A stretch of 61,361 bases of DNA, the filler included. It is 4 parts of 4 records of this genome, joined end to end, with 100 filler letters (N's around TTAATTAATTAA, not from the genome) between each part and the next. Parts side by side here need not be neighbours in the genome. Positions count along the whole stretch, not along the records: positions 1 to 31,899 come from DRR378314_1198; positions 32,000 to 40,370 come from DRR378314_1201; 2 more parts are not named here. One strand, 5' to 3'. The stretch's first letter is position 1. The number at the start of each line of letters is the position of its first letter. This document shows, in pieces, positions 24,674 through 36,993 of the stretch. The notes beneath the pieces are model-generated. The model was given only the letters and a program-made list of their open reading frames with translations. It was not told the origin of the DNA and ran no database searches. Both the position numbers and the translations under genes were made by a program.

Positions 24674-27600
24674 GCTATATCAACAGTTCTATTCGAACGC
24701 GTGTATTCCCCGCGAGCTCGTCTACGAGCCTTGAAAAGGAGGCTGCCCGCTTGCGAGACACAGCAGATCGCCTCGACAAAAGGACCGCGGACCCGTCGGG
24801 CAAGCAGGGCGGGGAGGAAAACGGACGCGAGGCGGAGCAAACCAAGGGGGCCACGCCCGTACGCAAGCGTCTCGCGCTATACGCTCCCCCGACGCACGCA
24901 AGCGCAACGCAACCGACCAGTCGAAAGAGGATCTTAGTTCGACTACGAGTGCAAGAGATTGGCTACGCGCGAGCTGTGCGCGGGGACAAAGACCTCTCGT
25001 GTGGAACCGCTTGCAAGCCTATACGGCCACGCGGCAGCCCGCAGCGCAAGCAGCTCCGCCGTGTGTCGCAGGAGCCACGTTGTCTGCTGCGCGGCGGCAG
25101 CAGGTGCGTTTCACTGAGGGAGTGCTTCTTGAACTAGGGTTGCATGCATGGGTATACAAGTTTGGAGGCTAGGCGCCACCTGCTGCGTAACCGCATGGGA
25201 GCGCCAGCTCTCCTGCATCGCCACACCAGACGCTTGATCGTGCACAGGCCACCGTGACGTCGCTGTCATCAGCAGTTCAGGCACTGCTCGCTAACAGAGG
25301 TGGTATCGCTCACTAGGGTTTGAATCGAACCCTATGAAGCATATATCGTGTTTGCGTATTTTCTATTGTACCTTTACGCCCCATAGCTCGTTGTCAAAGG
25401 TAAGAGTGCCCCGGTGTTTGCACAGGTAGGGCGCGACGTGCGCTACCAGTCCGAGACGGTGGCCGCGGACTCCCTGTGTGTTCACGAAAGCAGAGGCAAC
25501 GCTCCCGAGCGCAGGCCAGGCTGCTAGTGCCAGCGGCATTTCCCCCCCGGCAACCCTGGCAGTGAGAGCCGAGCGAGCGCCTGCCGCGACCTCCGTCAGC
25601 ATTTCGCAGCGGTTGGGGGCCTTCGCCGCTCGGGACGCACCCCGCTCGCCTCTTTTGCGTGTGGCGACCCAGTATTTCGCGCGGACGGCTGCGCTTGCCA
25701 ACGCGCGCCAACTGTCGTTGCCAGTGACGACCAGCTGCCGCGAATTGCTTGCAAACAACGCTCGCCGATAGGGTATTCTCTCGTGGGCATTCTGTAGTTC
25801 CGCGAAACACTGGTTGAGAATAGCGGTTGGTTTTTTTTCTGTTCTTTTCTTTTCTTCCGCGCCGCTGCCTCTTTCTGCCCGTCGGCTCCTTGCTCCTGCA
25901 ACGGACTTGTTGGAGCGCTCGTGAGCACTCGCTGAAAGCATGTCGCGCAAGCCGGCCCTGAAGGAATACGGTACGTGCTGCATACCCTTGATTACGTACT
26001 CTCCCCTTCGCTCATCTCGTGTCACATAAGGATTTGTTTATGTCCTGAAGGTTGCGCTGTTAGGAGCAGAAGGTTGATCGAGCTCGCATTCGCGGGCTGC
26101 GTTCGCGCCTGTGCGACAGAGACACGCGGGTCGAGACCGCCCAGGCTCGGGCCCGCTCGGACAGCTCCGACCTCGTACATGTCCGAGCGCCAGCGCTGGG
26201 ACCCTTGTGGCGCGCCGTGATGCCGCGTGGTGAGATGTCATTGGGTATTTCTCAAGCAATAGATCGGGTAGATCATTACCCTTTGCAGGATGTAGGCATG
26301 CCACTTGACCAGTGGCGCGTGACACCGGGCCGTTGGAAACCTGCTCCCGTGTCCGCTTGCACGTTGTCCCTGCTGCTGGTGGCGCGCAGTGTTCGCAGCG
26401 CTGGCCCCTTGGACCGCCTTGCAGCTCGCGCGTCGCGCCTCCACCAGCCGCCGCTGCAAACGTGCGCTTGCACAGCTGGTACCTGTGCTGCCTGCTTCCT
26501 GCCACCACCTCCTCTCTGCGACCGAGAGAAGTGATTGGTTTCCCATAAGCCGCTCGTGGATTCTTGCGTTTCACGCAGCGAAAAGTAGCCGCGCGTGCTC
26601 TTTCGCCAGCGGCGGCAGTGAGCGCGGCGATGCGACGGTTTCGCGCGCCCTTCGCTGCTCGCGGGCCAACACCACCCGTGGCCCGTGCGCGCTGTTTCAG
26701 AAGCAGCAGAGGGCCGCCGTTGCGACGTATCGCGCGTTGTCCCGTAGCTCGCCCTTCGCCGCGCGCCGCCGATACGTGGCGCTTCCTGCCCTGTTGCCCT
26801 CTTGGATTGTGCTAGATTATGTGTACCTATGTGCTTGTATATTGTTTCCTTCTCTTCTCGCCCTTGCACTGCGGAGGTCAGAAACAAAGTTGTGAGAAAG
26901 CGTGGCCTTGCGAAGGCGCCCGAACCCGACGGGGCGCCAGCCGCCCCAAGGTTGCGTGCGACCTGCAGTGCGCTCCGCCGCGCGCGTCGCCGCTGTGCCA
27001 GCGTTTGTAGCGCGCCGCGCTGAGCAGGAGCGGCGCTCCTTCGCGGTAGGACCCGATTCCGACGGTCGCATGAAGGAAATGTAGATTACCACTGTTCATT
27101 GCTCGTTGCACTGTGAGGGGCTTGCGGCGGTACCCTGCTCTCGCGAGCGCTGCCTGTTCCTTGCCAGCGAACACGCCAACGTCCACCGCTCGTTTTCTTC
27201 GCAAGGCTTTACCACGCGTCCTTGCTGAACCACCGAGGCTCTGCGTTTCTACGTCGCACAATTTTCTCCCCTCCCCCCGCTATGCTCTCTTGATACAGGC
27301 TGGAACGCCGGTGTGTTTCGCTCCGAGCGCAAGCATGTGGACGTGTTCGGATGGAAGAAGCAAGGCAAGAAGAAGAAGTCTCAACGTGAAGCTCTCGACA
27401 CGGGAGCCGACGCTGCAACGGTATGCCTTGCTGTTTCAGCAGAGCAACGCAGCACTTTGAAGCGTAGTATATGCACGTGCGGATAAGTATGAACGAAGCC
27501 GATTCTCGTCCCGTGGGGACTTTGTTCACCATCACTGATTCATGTATTTCGCATAGCTGCTGCGCAGTCTCGCTGTTGCTGCGGTGTGCGAGCGAGCTTG

Positions 27601-28339
27601 CTCTGTCCCGACGAGAATCGTTGGCAGATACGCTCCACGCACTGTCTGCGCTTGTCCGCACGAACGGGGATGCGCGTTATTTTTTCGCCTCACGATAGTC
27701 AAGCCGGTAGGATATATCTCGTTGGTTCACATGTTTGTGGCATATATATGCTGCAGACGCAGTTTCCTTGTGTGTGCGTTAATTTTCCTTCCTCTATTGC
27801 TTGCTTCTTGCTGTAGCGCCTGAGGGGGCTGTTGCGCGTGCGTGCGTCTCCGTTCTTTCGCTACGCGATGTTGCGATGGATAGATGGGCGCTATTTCCGA
27901 TGCGCTTCGATTGACACTTGCACACTGCAATGCGCCTCTGTTCCACCATGCCCCTTCCTCGTTGTTGTCTAGATTCCTGTCACAACAGAGTGGAGGACGA
28001 CTTCGGGAGGATTCCTGTCTGCAGAGGAACTTGCAGACAAGAACCTGGTGCGTCGTGCAGTGCACTCGCTTTCGCTAGCTCTGCCAATACGTCCCATGCA
28101 CGAGTTACACATGCTTAGCAACAGCAGTCACCTGCAAAACTCGATGGACCGCCGCTCCTTATGCAAATGCAATAGACGAACTGGCGAGTTGGTCAGCATT
28201 ACGTGCTCTTTGCTCCCTCGGTGTGTTGATTTGCTGCGGCTCGCTCCTGCGTTCCGCAGCCACTGTCGACGTCACGCAGCTGGACGTAACGTGCGTGCGC
28301 GCGCTCCATGCCGGCTGTCTTGCTGTGTGCCGAATGCAG

Positions 28340-31300
28340 GGTTGCCTCCAGCGCATTCACGACGAACTCCATGCACGTCGTGAAACGGCGATGTCGCTCT
28401 TCCGCTCGTTGGATCGCGACAACAATCAGCAGATTGACCGCGATGAATTTGTCAGCGGGATGCGCCGGTTGGGTATCGAAAAGTCGATCTCCGATGCGGA
28501 CATCAAGCGCGCGTTCAACACGCTCGACGAGGACGAAAACGGCGTGCTGTCGTTCCGCGAGCTCGAGCACTTTATCCACGGCCGTTTAGGAAATCGCGAG
28601 CACCTCGCGCGCGCCGCAGCTCGGCGCGAGTCGCTGACGGAAAATCCGCTCCTTGCCTCGCGCTCGGGCGCAACGGGCAACGCGGGCGCGCGCTCTGCAC
28701 AAGCAGCGCCTGCTCCGCCACGCAAAATCAGCGAGGCTGACATCGACGCCATGATCGAGGCGGTGCTGTCGGAGTCTCCGGACGCCGCCAATTCCCTCTT
28801 CATGGGTTTTACTGCCGACGATCTTCGACGGAGCCAGATCACCGGCGAGGCGCGGCCCGCGTCGTCGCCCCTCCCGAACGGGGCGCAGCTCAGCGCGGAT
28901 GAGCTTGACGAAGCAGATCAGCTGCCCGTGAGCGCAACGGAAAGCAGTCCGCCCGTTGAACTCGAAGCCGCGCCAGCGCCGAGAACGAAACCCTCGTCCA
29001 AGGCACGCGGGCCCGAACGCTCGGCGGCAACCGCACGGACAACGGCCCCGCATGCTGGCCGCGCGCTGCCACGCGCCCGTCCCGAGCAGCAGATGCGCGA
29101 GATTGCAGAGTCAGTGCAGAACAGCGCGCCGGTCGTATCACAGCACGAAGAGGAAGCGCCCGAGGACGACGATGTGCGGGAGGACTCAGGCGCCGTAGCT
29201 CCTTCAGACGATGAGCGCATGCAGGAAGAGGCGGACAAGTTGGTCGCGCAGCTCTTGGATGCCCGCGCGGAAAGCGACGCGCACTCTGCGGAAGATGCAG
29301 AGCAGCGCGTAGCCAAGAAACGAGCTGGCCGTGCGAAAGCAAGCAGTGCGCCCACTGCGCCGGCCGGACGCTCCGGCGCGGGATCCTCGGCGCGCCCGCG
29401 CGCACCGCGGCCGTACGAGTCGGGTGTTCCGGTCGTTCGTCTGCCGCGCAACCGCGTACACCATACCCGGTCTCGACCTGTGTATGCGTCTGCCGACGAA
29501 AGCGATGGGAGCGACGGAGCTGGCAGTGACGGCGAGGAGGTCTCGTCGCTTCCGCGGCGCGTCCTGCGCCGCCCTCAGCATCGCGAGCCTGCCGCAGGCG
29601 TGCGCAAAGTGGCGCCACTGCCAACGTCTATGCGAGCGGCTGGCACGCGCGCCGTGCCGGGACAGCGAACGACAAGCGATACCGAAGGCGCTTCAGTTGC
29701 GAAGCGGCCTGCTGCGCGAAAGCGCCACTCTGCCAGCGACACCGAGGGCGTTACCGCCGCGCGCGCGAGCGGAACTGCCAAGCGCACCTCCGCCACCAAG
29801 CGCGCTCCTGCTGCGACAGCGCGTGCAAGCGACAAATCATCGACACACGATGGCGAAGATCTGGAGGCCGCCGCACGTCGCCGCGCGCAGGCATCCTCTC
29901 GCCGCGCGCTTGCAGCGGCTGAGCGCCGTGCCAAGGAGGCAGAGCAGCGTGCCACAGAGGAGCACGCGCTTGCGCTGCGGCTGCTGAAGATGAACCAGGA
30001 GCTCCGGCAGGCGGCGGAGAATAGCGCGGTTGCCGCAGAGGCGCAGCGCGAGCTGGAAGCCGCCCGCGGCCAGATCCGGGCGCTTGAGATTGCGCTCACA
30101 GATGCACGGGGTCGCATGCAAAGTGCAGAGGATGACGACAGTGAAGCGCTGCGCGAGGAGCTCGCACAAGCAGCCACGCGGATCGAGGAGCTCGAGGATG
30201 ACCTTGCGCGTGCACACAATGAACTGCAGCACGCTCGCGCGAAAACTGACCAGCAAAAGGATACTGCAAGCGCCGAAGCTTGGGACGCTGAGCTCGCGCG
30301 CGTGCGCGGCGAGCTTGTCGAGGCGCAACGCGCAAACAGTGAGCTTTTGCGCGATCTGGAAGACGCGCAGCGCGAGGCTGATGCTGCAACCGCCCGTGCG
30401 GATGCCTCCGCTGCAGCGGCCACTAGCTTGCACGAGGCCGACCGCGATGCTGCGCGCATGCGGCTCGAGGTCGCCAGTGCGCGCGATAGCATTGCAGCAC
30501 TGGAGCGCCAGGCGTCAGACGCTGCCGCAGAGCGCGATGCTGCGCGCGACCGCTGCGACGAGCTTGAGCAAGCGGTTGCTGCTGCCGAACATAAGGCAGA
30601 GGCACTCGCACTCGAGCTCGCCGCCGCGAATGAGCGCCTCCAGGAGCAGAGTGACGCCGAGAGTGAGCGCGAGAAACGCATCACGCACATGGAGTCCAGC
30701 CTTCGCGACAAGGAAATGCTGCTCGAGGAACTGGAGCGCTCCAGCGAGGAGGTGCAGACGCTGCAGGAGCGCGTGGGCTCGCTTGAAAAGCGCAGAGACG
30801 AGCTCGAACATGACTGTGCGAAGCTGGAAAAAGAGACGTCCGAGCTCCAGCATAGCAACGCGGCGCTCGAAAAGGAAAACGCGTCGCTAGCGCGCGACGC
30901 GAAAGCCACTCGTTCACACGACGGCGTGCCTGACAGCGATACGAGTGGATTGCGCGAAGCCCTTGACGAGCTCCGAGAGAGGAATGCTGCGCTGGAGAAG
31001 GAGCGCGATGCCGCCTTGGAGGCTGCTGCCGCTGCGCTGGCCGGAGACGGCATGGGAGACGATGACGCAGCGTCCACAGATGCAGAGCGGGCGCAGTTGG
31101 CGGAAGAGATTGCCACTGCTAAGGATGCTGTCGGGCGGGCGGAGCGGGCTCGCGATGCCGCGCAACACGAGACGGAGGCGTTGCGCGAGCAGCTGCAGGA
31201 AGCGCAGCATGATGCGGCGGCCGCAGAACGCCTTCGCGAGGAGGTGGCGCGCCTGCGGCGCGTTGTCGAGGAGGAGCGCAACGCAAAACAAGAACTCCTG

Positions 31301-31899
31301 CAAGAGGTCCCTAAACAACTCAACGAACGCGATCGGCGCGTTCAAGAGCTCGAAGCGCAGCTCGCAGCACTGCGTGAGGGTGCCGCTGCGTCTGCTGAAG
31401 CTGTGAGTGCCGCAGATGCGAAGCGCGCGCCTGGCCGCGGGCAGCAACCAGGCACAGCTGTAAGCGGTGAAGACGTTGACCTGCACGTCAGCGAGGAGGC
31501 TGCTGCCCGGGATGACTACCAGCCGCCCGTCCGCCAGGTCGCAGATGCGTTCGAGGACTCGGCGCGCCGCGCAGAGCGCGCGGCCAAGGATCTGGCGGGG
31601 AAGCGCGGGCGCGGATCGAGTATCTCAGTCGTCGGCAAGGATCACGAAGGGCAGGACAGCACGCCAAAGACGAAACCGCCGCCGCCGTCGACGCCGCCAC
31701 CCGAGGACAGCGCAAAAGACGCTGCTGGCCCCGCGGGAAGCGCTGCCGAGACTGCGGCAGAGGCGGCCCCTGGAGCCGTGGTGCGGGGGTCGCGATTTTG
31801 CTTCCACGGCCCGCTGGTTATGACGATTCACGCCGCACACGGGCTGCCGAAGCTAAATGACCAGCCGCACGTGTCCCCGTACTGCACCATCAAGATTGG
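28340..31899 (+). CDS. Large EF-hand pair / coiled-coil / C2-domain protein, 3'-truncated by the contig end
   Basis: Single exon of about 1185 codons after a tgcag acceptor. Two canonical EF loops (DRDNNQQIDRDE, DEDENGVLSFRE), about 500 aa of E/A/R/L heptad-rich coiled coil, then the start of a C2 domain (LVMTIHAAHGLPKLNDQPHVSPYCTIKI). Candidate upstream exons at about 27299-27420 and 27973-28047. Confidence 0.85.
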
Positions 31900-31999
31900 N
31901 NNNNNNNNNNNNNNNNNNNNNNNNNNNNNNNNNNNNNNNNNNNTTAATTAATTAANNNNNNNNNNNNNNNNNNNNNNNNNNNNNNNNNNNNNNNNNNNN
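31900..31999. other. Artificial contig-joining spacer (N44-TTAATTAATTAA-N44)
   Basis: Palindromic 12-mer giving stops in all six frames, centred in Ns; identical at three places. Confidence 0.97.
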
Positions 32000-32778
32000 T
32001 TCGGCGGAACTGCATACACCACTGCCTCCCACGAGCGATCTGCAAGAAAGACGCGGTTGCCGGCGCAGCGCCCAGAAACACCAATACGCACGCACGCGTC
32101 GGACCACGAGCGCATGCTCGAGAAAGCGTGACGAAGATGCGGAAGATTCCGCTGGTCAACCAAAGCAAAGCCTAAGCATTGAACATAACAGAGTTATTGC
32201 TATATATTCCTCGACAAATAATACATAGACGAGCAACGAACAGCAAGAGCCATGCCAAGGCGCAGCCTTGGAGTGCAACGCGCTTTGGCACACAGCAAAG
32301 GCGGTTGCCCGCAACTCCAAAACGTACGATACCGACCGTTTAGCTTCGAAGGCGAAGGGGCGTCAAACGACGTCCGTTGCGCGCGCCGAAGGCCCAATGC
32401 GGTGAAAAAGGCCTCACTCCATTCAATGTCGGTGACTTTGAATGCCCATCCGCCGATGCGCATGCCCTCGGACCCGCTCCAGGAGCACACACTCGCAGTG
32501 TCGTCGTCGTACGACGGCGACGCTGGGCTCGCCGGCGCGGCTGCTGCAACCGCTGCAGCAGCCCGCGCAGCAGCGGGCTTCGCGGCATCGTTGCGAGCAC
32601 GCCTGGAGCGGAGCGCAAGGAACAAAGCCGAGCCAACCGCAACTGCCACACCGGTGGCAATGACCGCCGCTTGGCGCGGGTTGTCGCGGGCGGAATCCGA
32701 CGCAGCTGCAAACGCGTCCGCAACGCGCCCCGACGCCCGAGCAGCTGCTTCGCGAAGGCTAGCGACGTATTCCTCCAT
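32000..32778 (-). CDS. Membrane-anchored protein with a probable glyoxalase/VOC-fold domain, 3'-truncated by the contig end
   Basis: ATG at 32778, TM helix AVIATGVAVAVGSALFLAL followed by basic RSRR. Then MRIGGWAFKVTDIEWSEAFFTALGLR, resembling the first beta-alpha-beta unit of VOC proteins (V-x-D-x-x-x-S-x-x-F-Y-x-x-LG). Confidence 0.6.
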
Positions 32779-33847
32779 ATCCCTGCGGACGCACAGTTTG
32801 CCCGGCCGAAACCCCAACGCAGCCGGGCGTTACAGACGGAGGCAAACGCACAGCGTCGAGGCGTACACAGATTGCTACAGGACATACATGCACCGAGCTC
32901 TCTTGCTGAGCAATGCGTACACCACAAAAGGAGGGAACAGCAAGCGGTGCACAGTGGCGGAACCGCACTGCGCTGAACTACACCGAGGAGCAGATACCTC
33001 GGCGCGTACACAGACCTTTGCGCAGCCAACGGAACAGCACGCGCGTTTGCTACTTGGCGCCGCGCACGGAGAGCTTGGCAAGGAGGAACCGCGCCTATAC
33101 AAACCCACCCACGCGGTTGACAGCACTTCCTCTACAACGAATATACTTGTAAAAAATCCCACAATTGCGCTCTAGCCCTGCGCTCACAGCGCAAATCGCT
33201 GCGCTAGCGCGGAAAGAGCTGGCACGCAGCTAACCAAGTGGCACGCAACTACTTGGGTCTACGGAAGCCGCGCATCACACCACAACAGCAACTGTATCGC
33301 TGCTGCTCCTGAACGCTTGGCGAGGTGGAGACAATCCAACAGCACGGAGAGCTGCGGGTTCTTTGAGCACTGAGGTTTTTCGTTTTCAGCATGCAGACGA
33401 AAATTCGGTTCCGACGGCGGAGCGTACCCGCGTCAAAGCACGTTTGGTTGCGCGCGTTTCACTCGGGCAGGAGAAGTGTGTCGCTTGTGCCAGCGCGCAC
33501 TCACCGGGAGGGTATAGGCGTTGCGTCGCCAAGGGAGCGCAACCCGGGCCCTACATAGGGAACTCATACTTTCGAGAGAGTAGACTCGAACCTCAAACCT
33601 AGACCCAACCACTCCCTTGCCGAGTTGCCGCTTCCCAGTCCAAGCAGGAACCCTTGGCAGCACCGAGGATCGATCGGCAACGTCAGCACGAGCCGTCGCC
33701 TGCCACGATGGCACGGCGCGCAGCACGAGAACCAAAAGTGGTAGCAGCGCGCGCTTGCAACACGCTCGCGCTGTTCCGTGTCCGACGCCGGCGCAGGCTG
33801 CACCATACGATTACTCTACACCGCCGACGCTACACCGTATCCTTCCG

Positions 33848-36477
33848 ATGCGAGTTCTTGCAATTATCATCTTTCGATGGCTACCCGGCCAAGAGCCAAT
33901 ACGCGTGGCTTCTGCGTTCGAGCTGAGCCATATCGGGTTCTTCCAGCGCTCGACGGTCAAGGACCTCCTCACCTTCGGCGCTGGTGCGTTCTCAGTGTAT
34001 TGCAGCACGAAAGCGTGCGCGCGAGTGCTGGGGCGTCTATCCTGTTGCTACGGGTGGATCGTCTCTGCGCCCCGCGTCGAATGATGCACAAACAAGCGAT
34101 TGCATGACTGAGGGCAGTTGATTACATGCGCTCTATGGAGATCAGCCGTTGCTGCGAACCGCCATGTTACGCGTGTATCGAAGTGGTGCAGTAGCAGGGA
34201 TCCTTGCGCAGTTGCTTGCGAACGCGCCGCGCAGCTGCCGGATGCTAGACGGAAAACGTTCTGGACACCACTCGCAACGCCAACGAGCGCAGCTCGCCGC
34301 GCATGCGCAGGGGAGAAACCTTGGTTGGCCGCACTCTCTGAATGTAAAAGAGATATTCTATTAGAACATTGCGCTACTGCTTCACCGCAAGGCGTGTTGG
34401 GAGCCCTGCTGCACTGCGGCTCAGTTTGGCACAGAGGTAGCACTCGTCACGCGTGTCGTGTTATCCGCAGTCATCGCCGACAACCTTGTCCGCTCCGGCG
34501 CACTGCCACTGTGACTTGCTCTTTCGCCGCGACTGTAGTCGTATGCTGTTCCAAACGTGGTTCCACACGTACGTACATTCAATATACCGTTATCTCTATT
34601 TCTCGCGTCTGATTTCGGGATTGTTTCATCTGCACTTGCATGTCTCTGTCTCGCTGTCTTGCGCATGTCCGGGGGGGATTCGTGCAGCAACGGTTGCGAA
34701 AAAGACGCCGCTCGGGCAGCGCCAAATCATCCGCACCGACGAAGGGGTACGTGGAAGTAGATCATTTTCCTATGAAGCACCCCGGTCTCCTCTTCATAAG
34801 TATCAGTGTATATATTTTGAATTTTTTGTGCAGTGGTTTGGTGGATCGCGTTGTAACGCAATCGAATCAATCTCCCCGAAATGACATCTCGCGGGACGTT
34901 CGGCGAAGCGCGCTCTGCTTGTGCAGACGCGCGCGCAGGCCAGGCGGGACGGTGCGAGTAGGCGGGCAACTCCGCTTCAGCGCTGCGGCATTACGTGGCG
35001 ACCATGTCGGGCCGCATACAATCCGAATTTCATTGCAGTAACTAGAATAGTCTTGCATGCAGAATTTCGGTGTGTGCGTTTGTTCGGCCACCTCCCTCGT
35101 CAAGACCGGCTCTGTGCTCGCGTGGCTGGCACGCGGGGTGGCGCGTCTTTCTGCGCACCACAGCAGCGGTTCTAAATTTCTGCGGCCACCTCCTCTCTTT
35201 GTGCTGCCGAACTGCATGGTCGCAGACGCAGACAACTCTGTGTCACTGCCATGTGGAAACGGACGCGCTCGCGTGCTGCGTTGTTACCGACAGTGAATAC
35301 CCCGGTCGCGTCGCGTTTGCGGTTGCCCGCAAGGTACGCTCGCTTGCCGCTGCGCGGCGCCGGGCCCCAAGGATGCTGCCGCCGCTGCTCGCTCGTTCGC
35401 TCATAGAACCGTCTGCGCGCGCGCACCTGCTGCTGGACGGGCCCACCAGGCCAGCGAGGTTTTTCGACAAGATCACCCGGCGGACTGGAAACAAGTTTCG
35501 CAAAGCTCGAATATGGCGTGTCCTGCCCTCGATTTGGCCGTAGCAGAGTACCAGGTGAGTCGCCCCGCGATCTTTAACGAAACGTTTCCCGCACAGGGAC
35601 GAGCGCCTTCACACAAAGTAGTATCCCGTCCTTTCTGGATGCTGTTTCAGTCGCATGGTTAGCGCGACGGCTCAGAAAAATGGATTAGCGTTTGAAAACA
35701 CGCATCAAAAAGGTCCCGGTGTTTGCTTTGTAGGGAGAAGTGAGGGCGTGCGACAACGAGCTTGGGCGGGACAAGCGCACAAAGGCGCAGGCGAAGCGAC
35801 GCCGTGGGGGGGGGGCGTGTCCTGCTGCGTCCTGCGCGGACTGTTGCGCTCTCATTGTCTTGTCAGAAACCAAGCCTGCGTATGATTGGTATGCGTCTGC
35901 ACGTGTATCTTTGCTTTGCATTGTTGATGTGCACTCACAATATAATCATGGTGGTGGGATGCACCGCCACTGCACGCGCACGTGCTGCATGGACAGAATC
36001 CTTCCAACGCGGACAAGCTGTACAAGACACAGCAGGACCTTGAGGAAGTCAAGAGCGTGATGGTGAAAACAATCGACCAAGTTCTTGAAAGGGGAGAAAA
36101 AGTGGAGACGCTGATGGAGAAAAGTACGCACTTGTCAACGGCATCCCTGCAGTTTTACAAGGTACGAAGCGCAGGCAATGTCGGTGGTTCGAGTCCGTAC
36201 GCGTGGGCTGTCGACCATTTGTTCGTGACGCGCGGGGAAAGCACAACGTTCTGCAGGTAGAAGGTGGTCGAGCAGTCCGCATCACCTGTCCGCAACTGCA
36301 AGCTAGTGTACTGCGGGCGTGCCGGGGAATCGGGCTCCCGCTGTTGCGCGCAGCACGCCCGCGCTCGTTTCTGCCGCTCTCACTGTAACTCTGGCGGGCT
36401 CTTGGTTCTTGTCGCCTACTTGGGCAATGCCTCTGCAGTCTGCGAAGAAGACGAATGCATGCTGCACTGTTGTTTAA
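33848..36477 (+). CDS. YKT6: YKT6 prenylated longin R-SNARE
   Basis: Longin domain (ELSHIGFFQRSTVKDLL, CVVTDSEYPGRVAF) and SNARE motif (NPSNADKLYKTQQDLEEVKSVMVKTIDQVLERGEKVETLMEKSTHLS...FYK). Last exon SAKKTNACCTVV* gives a CCAAX end. Confidence 0.96.
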
Positions 36478-36993
36478 AACCATCCTCCGCATAGTGTGCT
36501 GTACATTACTGTGTTCACAAAGAATCAGAGAATGCTTCCTTGTGAAGTGGTACGCTGATTCTGTGTCCACTGCCGGTGCACCAAAGACGCGGAACCGGCG
36601 AGGAGGCGACGTGCTGCCATTCGCCGGGTACATACTGCTGCGTATTCCGTGAGCTGACGTGGTGGAAAAAAAAAAAGAAAACGCTTGCCCACAATTCCGA
36701 ATGTATGGTCACTCATTCGTGCGACTGCCTCCGCGAAGTGCTCGATCGACTGTGCATACCAAGACTGGCTGCTCGAGCTCAAGAAACGTAGGAGCGGGTG
36801 CGATTCACAGGCTTGCGAGTCAGTGCGTTCAACAAAAAAAGCAAGCCGGGGGAGGGGAATTCGTCTTTCCGGACAAAGCAGACATTGTATTTCCTATGAT
36901 GCTCTCCCCAGCTCCAAGTACAGGCACATGAATCAGTTTGTGTGCACATACACTATGGCACAAAAAGACAAAGATTTGTTTACACCGGCTCGC

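Noticed and set aside
25314..25334. Small hairpin tagggtt-tgaatcg-aacccta, tRNA T-arm or telomere-like
   Set aside because: Only a 7-bp stem, with no cloverleaf, no tandem telomeric repeats and no flanking element.
29575..31323. 582-aa minus-strand ORF (and similar antisense ORFs over the myosin and RUN exons)
   Set aside because: Ser/Ala/Arg-rich shadow of a GC-rich sense coding exon, with no motifs.
31944..31955. TTAATTAATTAA palindrome repeated three times (also 40415-40426, 52200-52211) as a biological site or piggyBac TTAA target
   Set aside because: It is always centred in 44+44 Ns, so it is a synthetic six-frame-stop linker. Gene order across it is meaningless.
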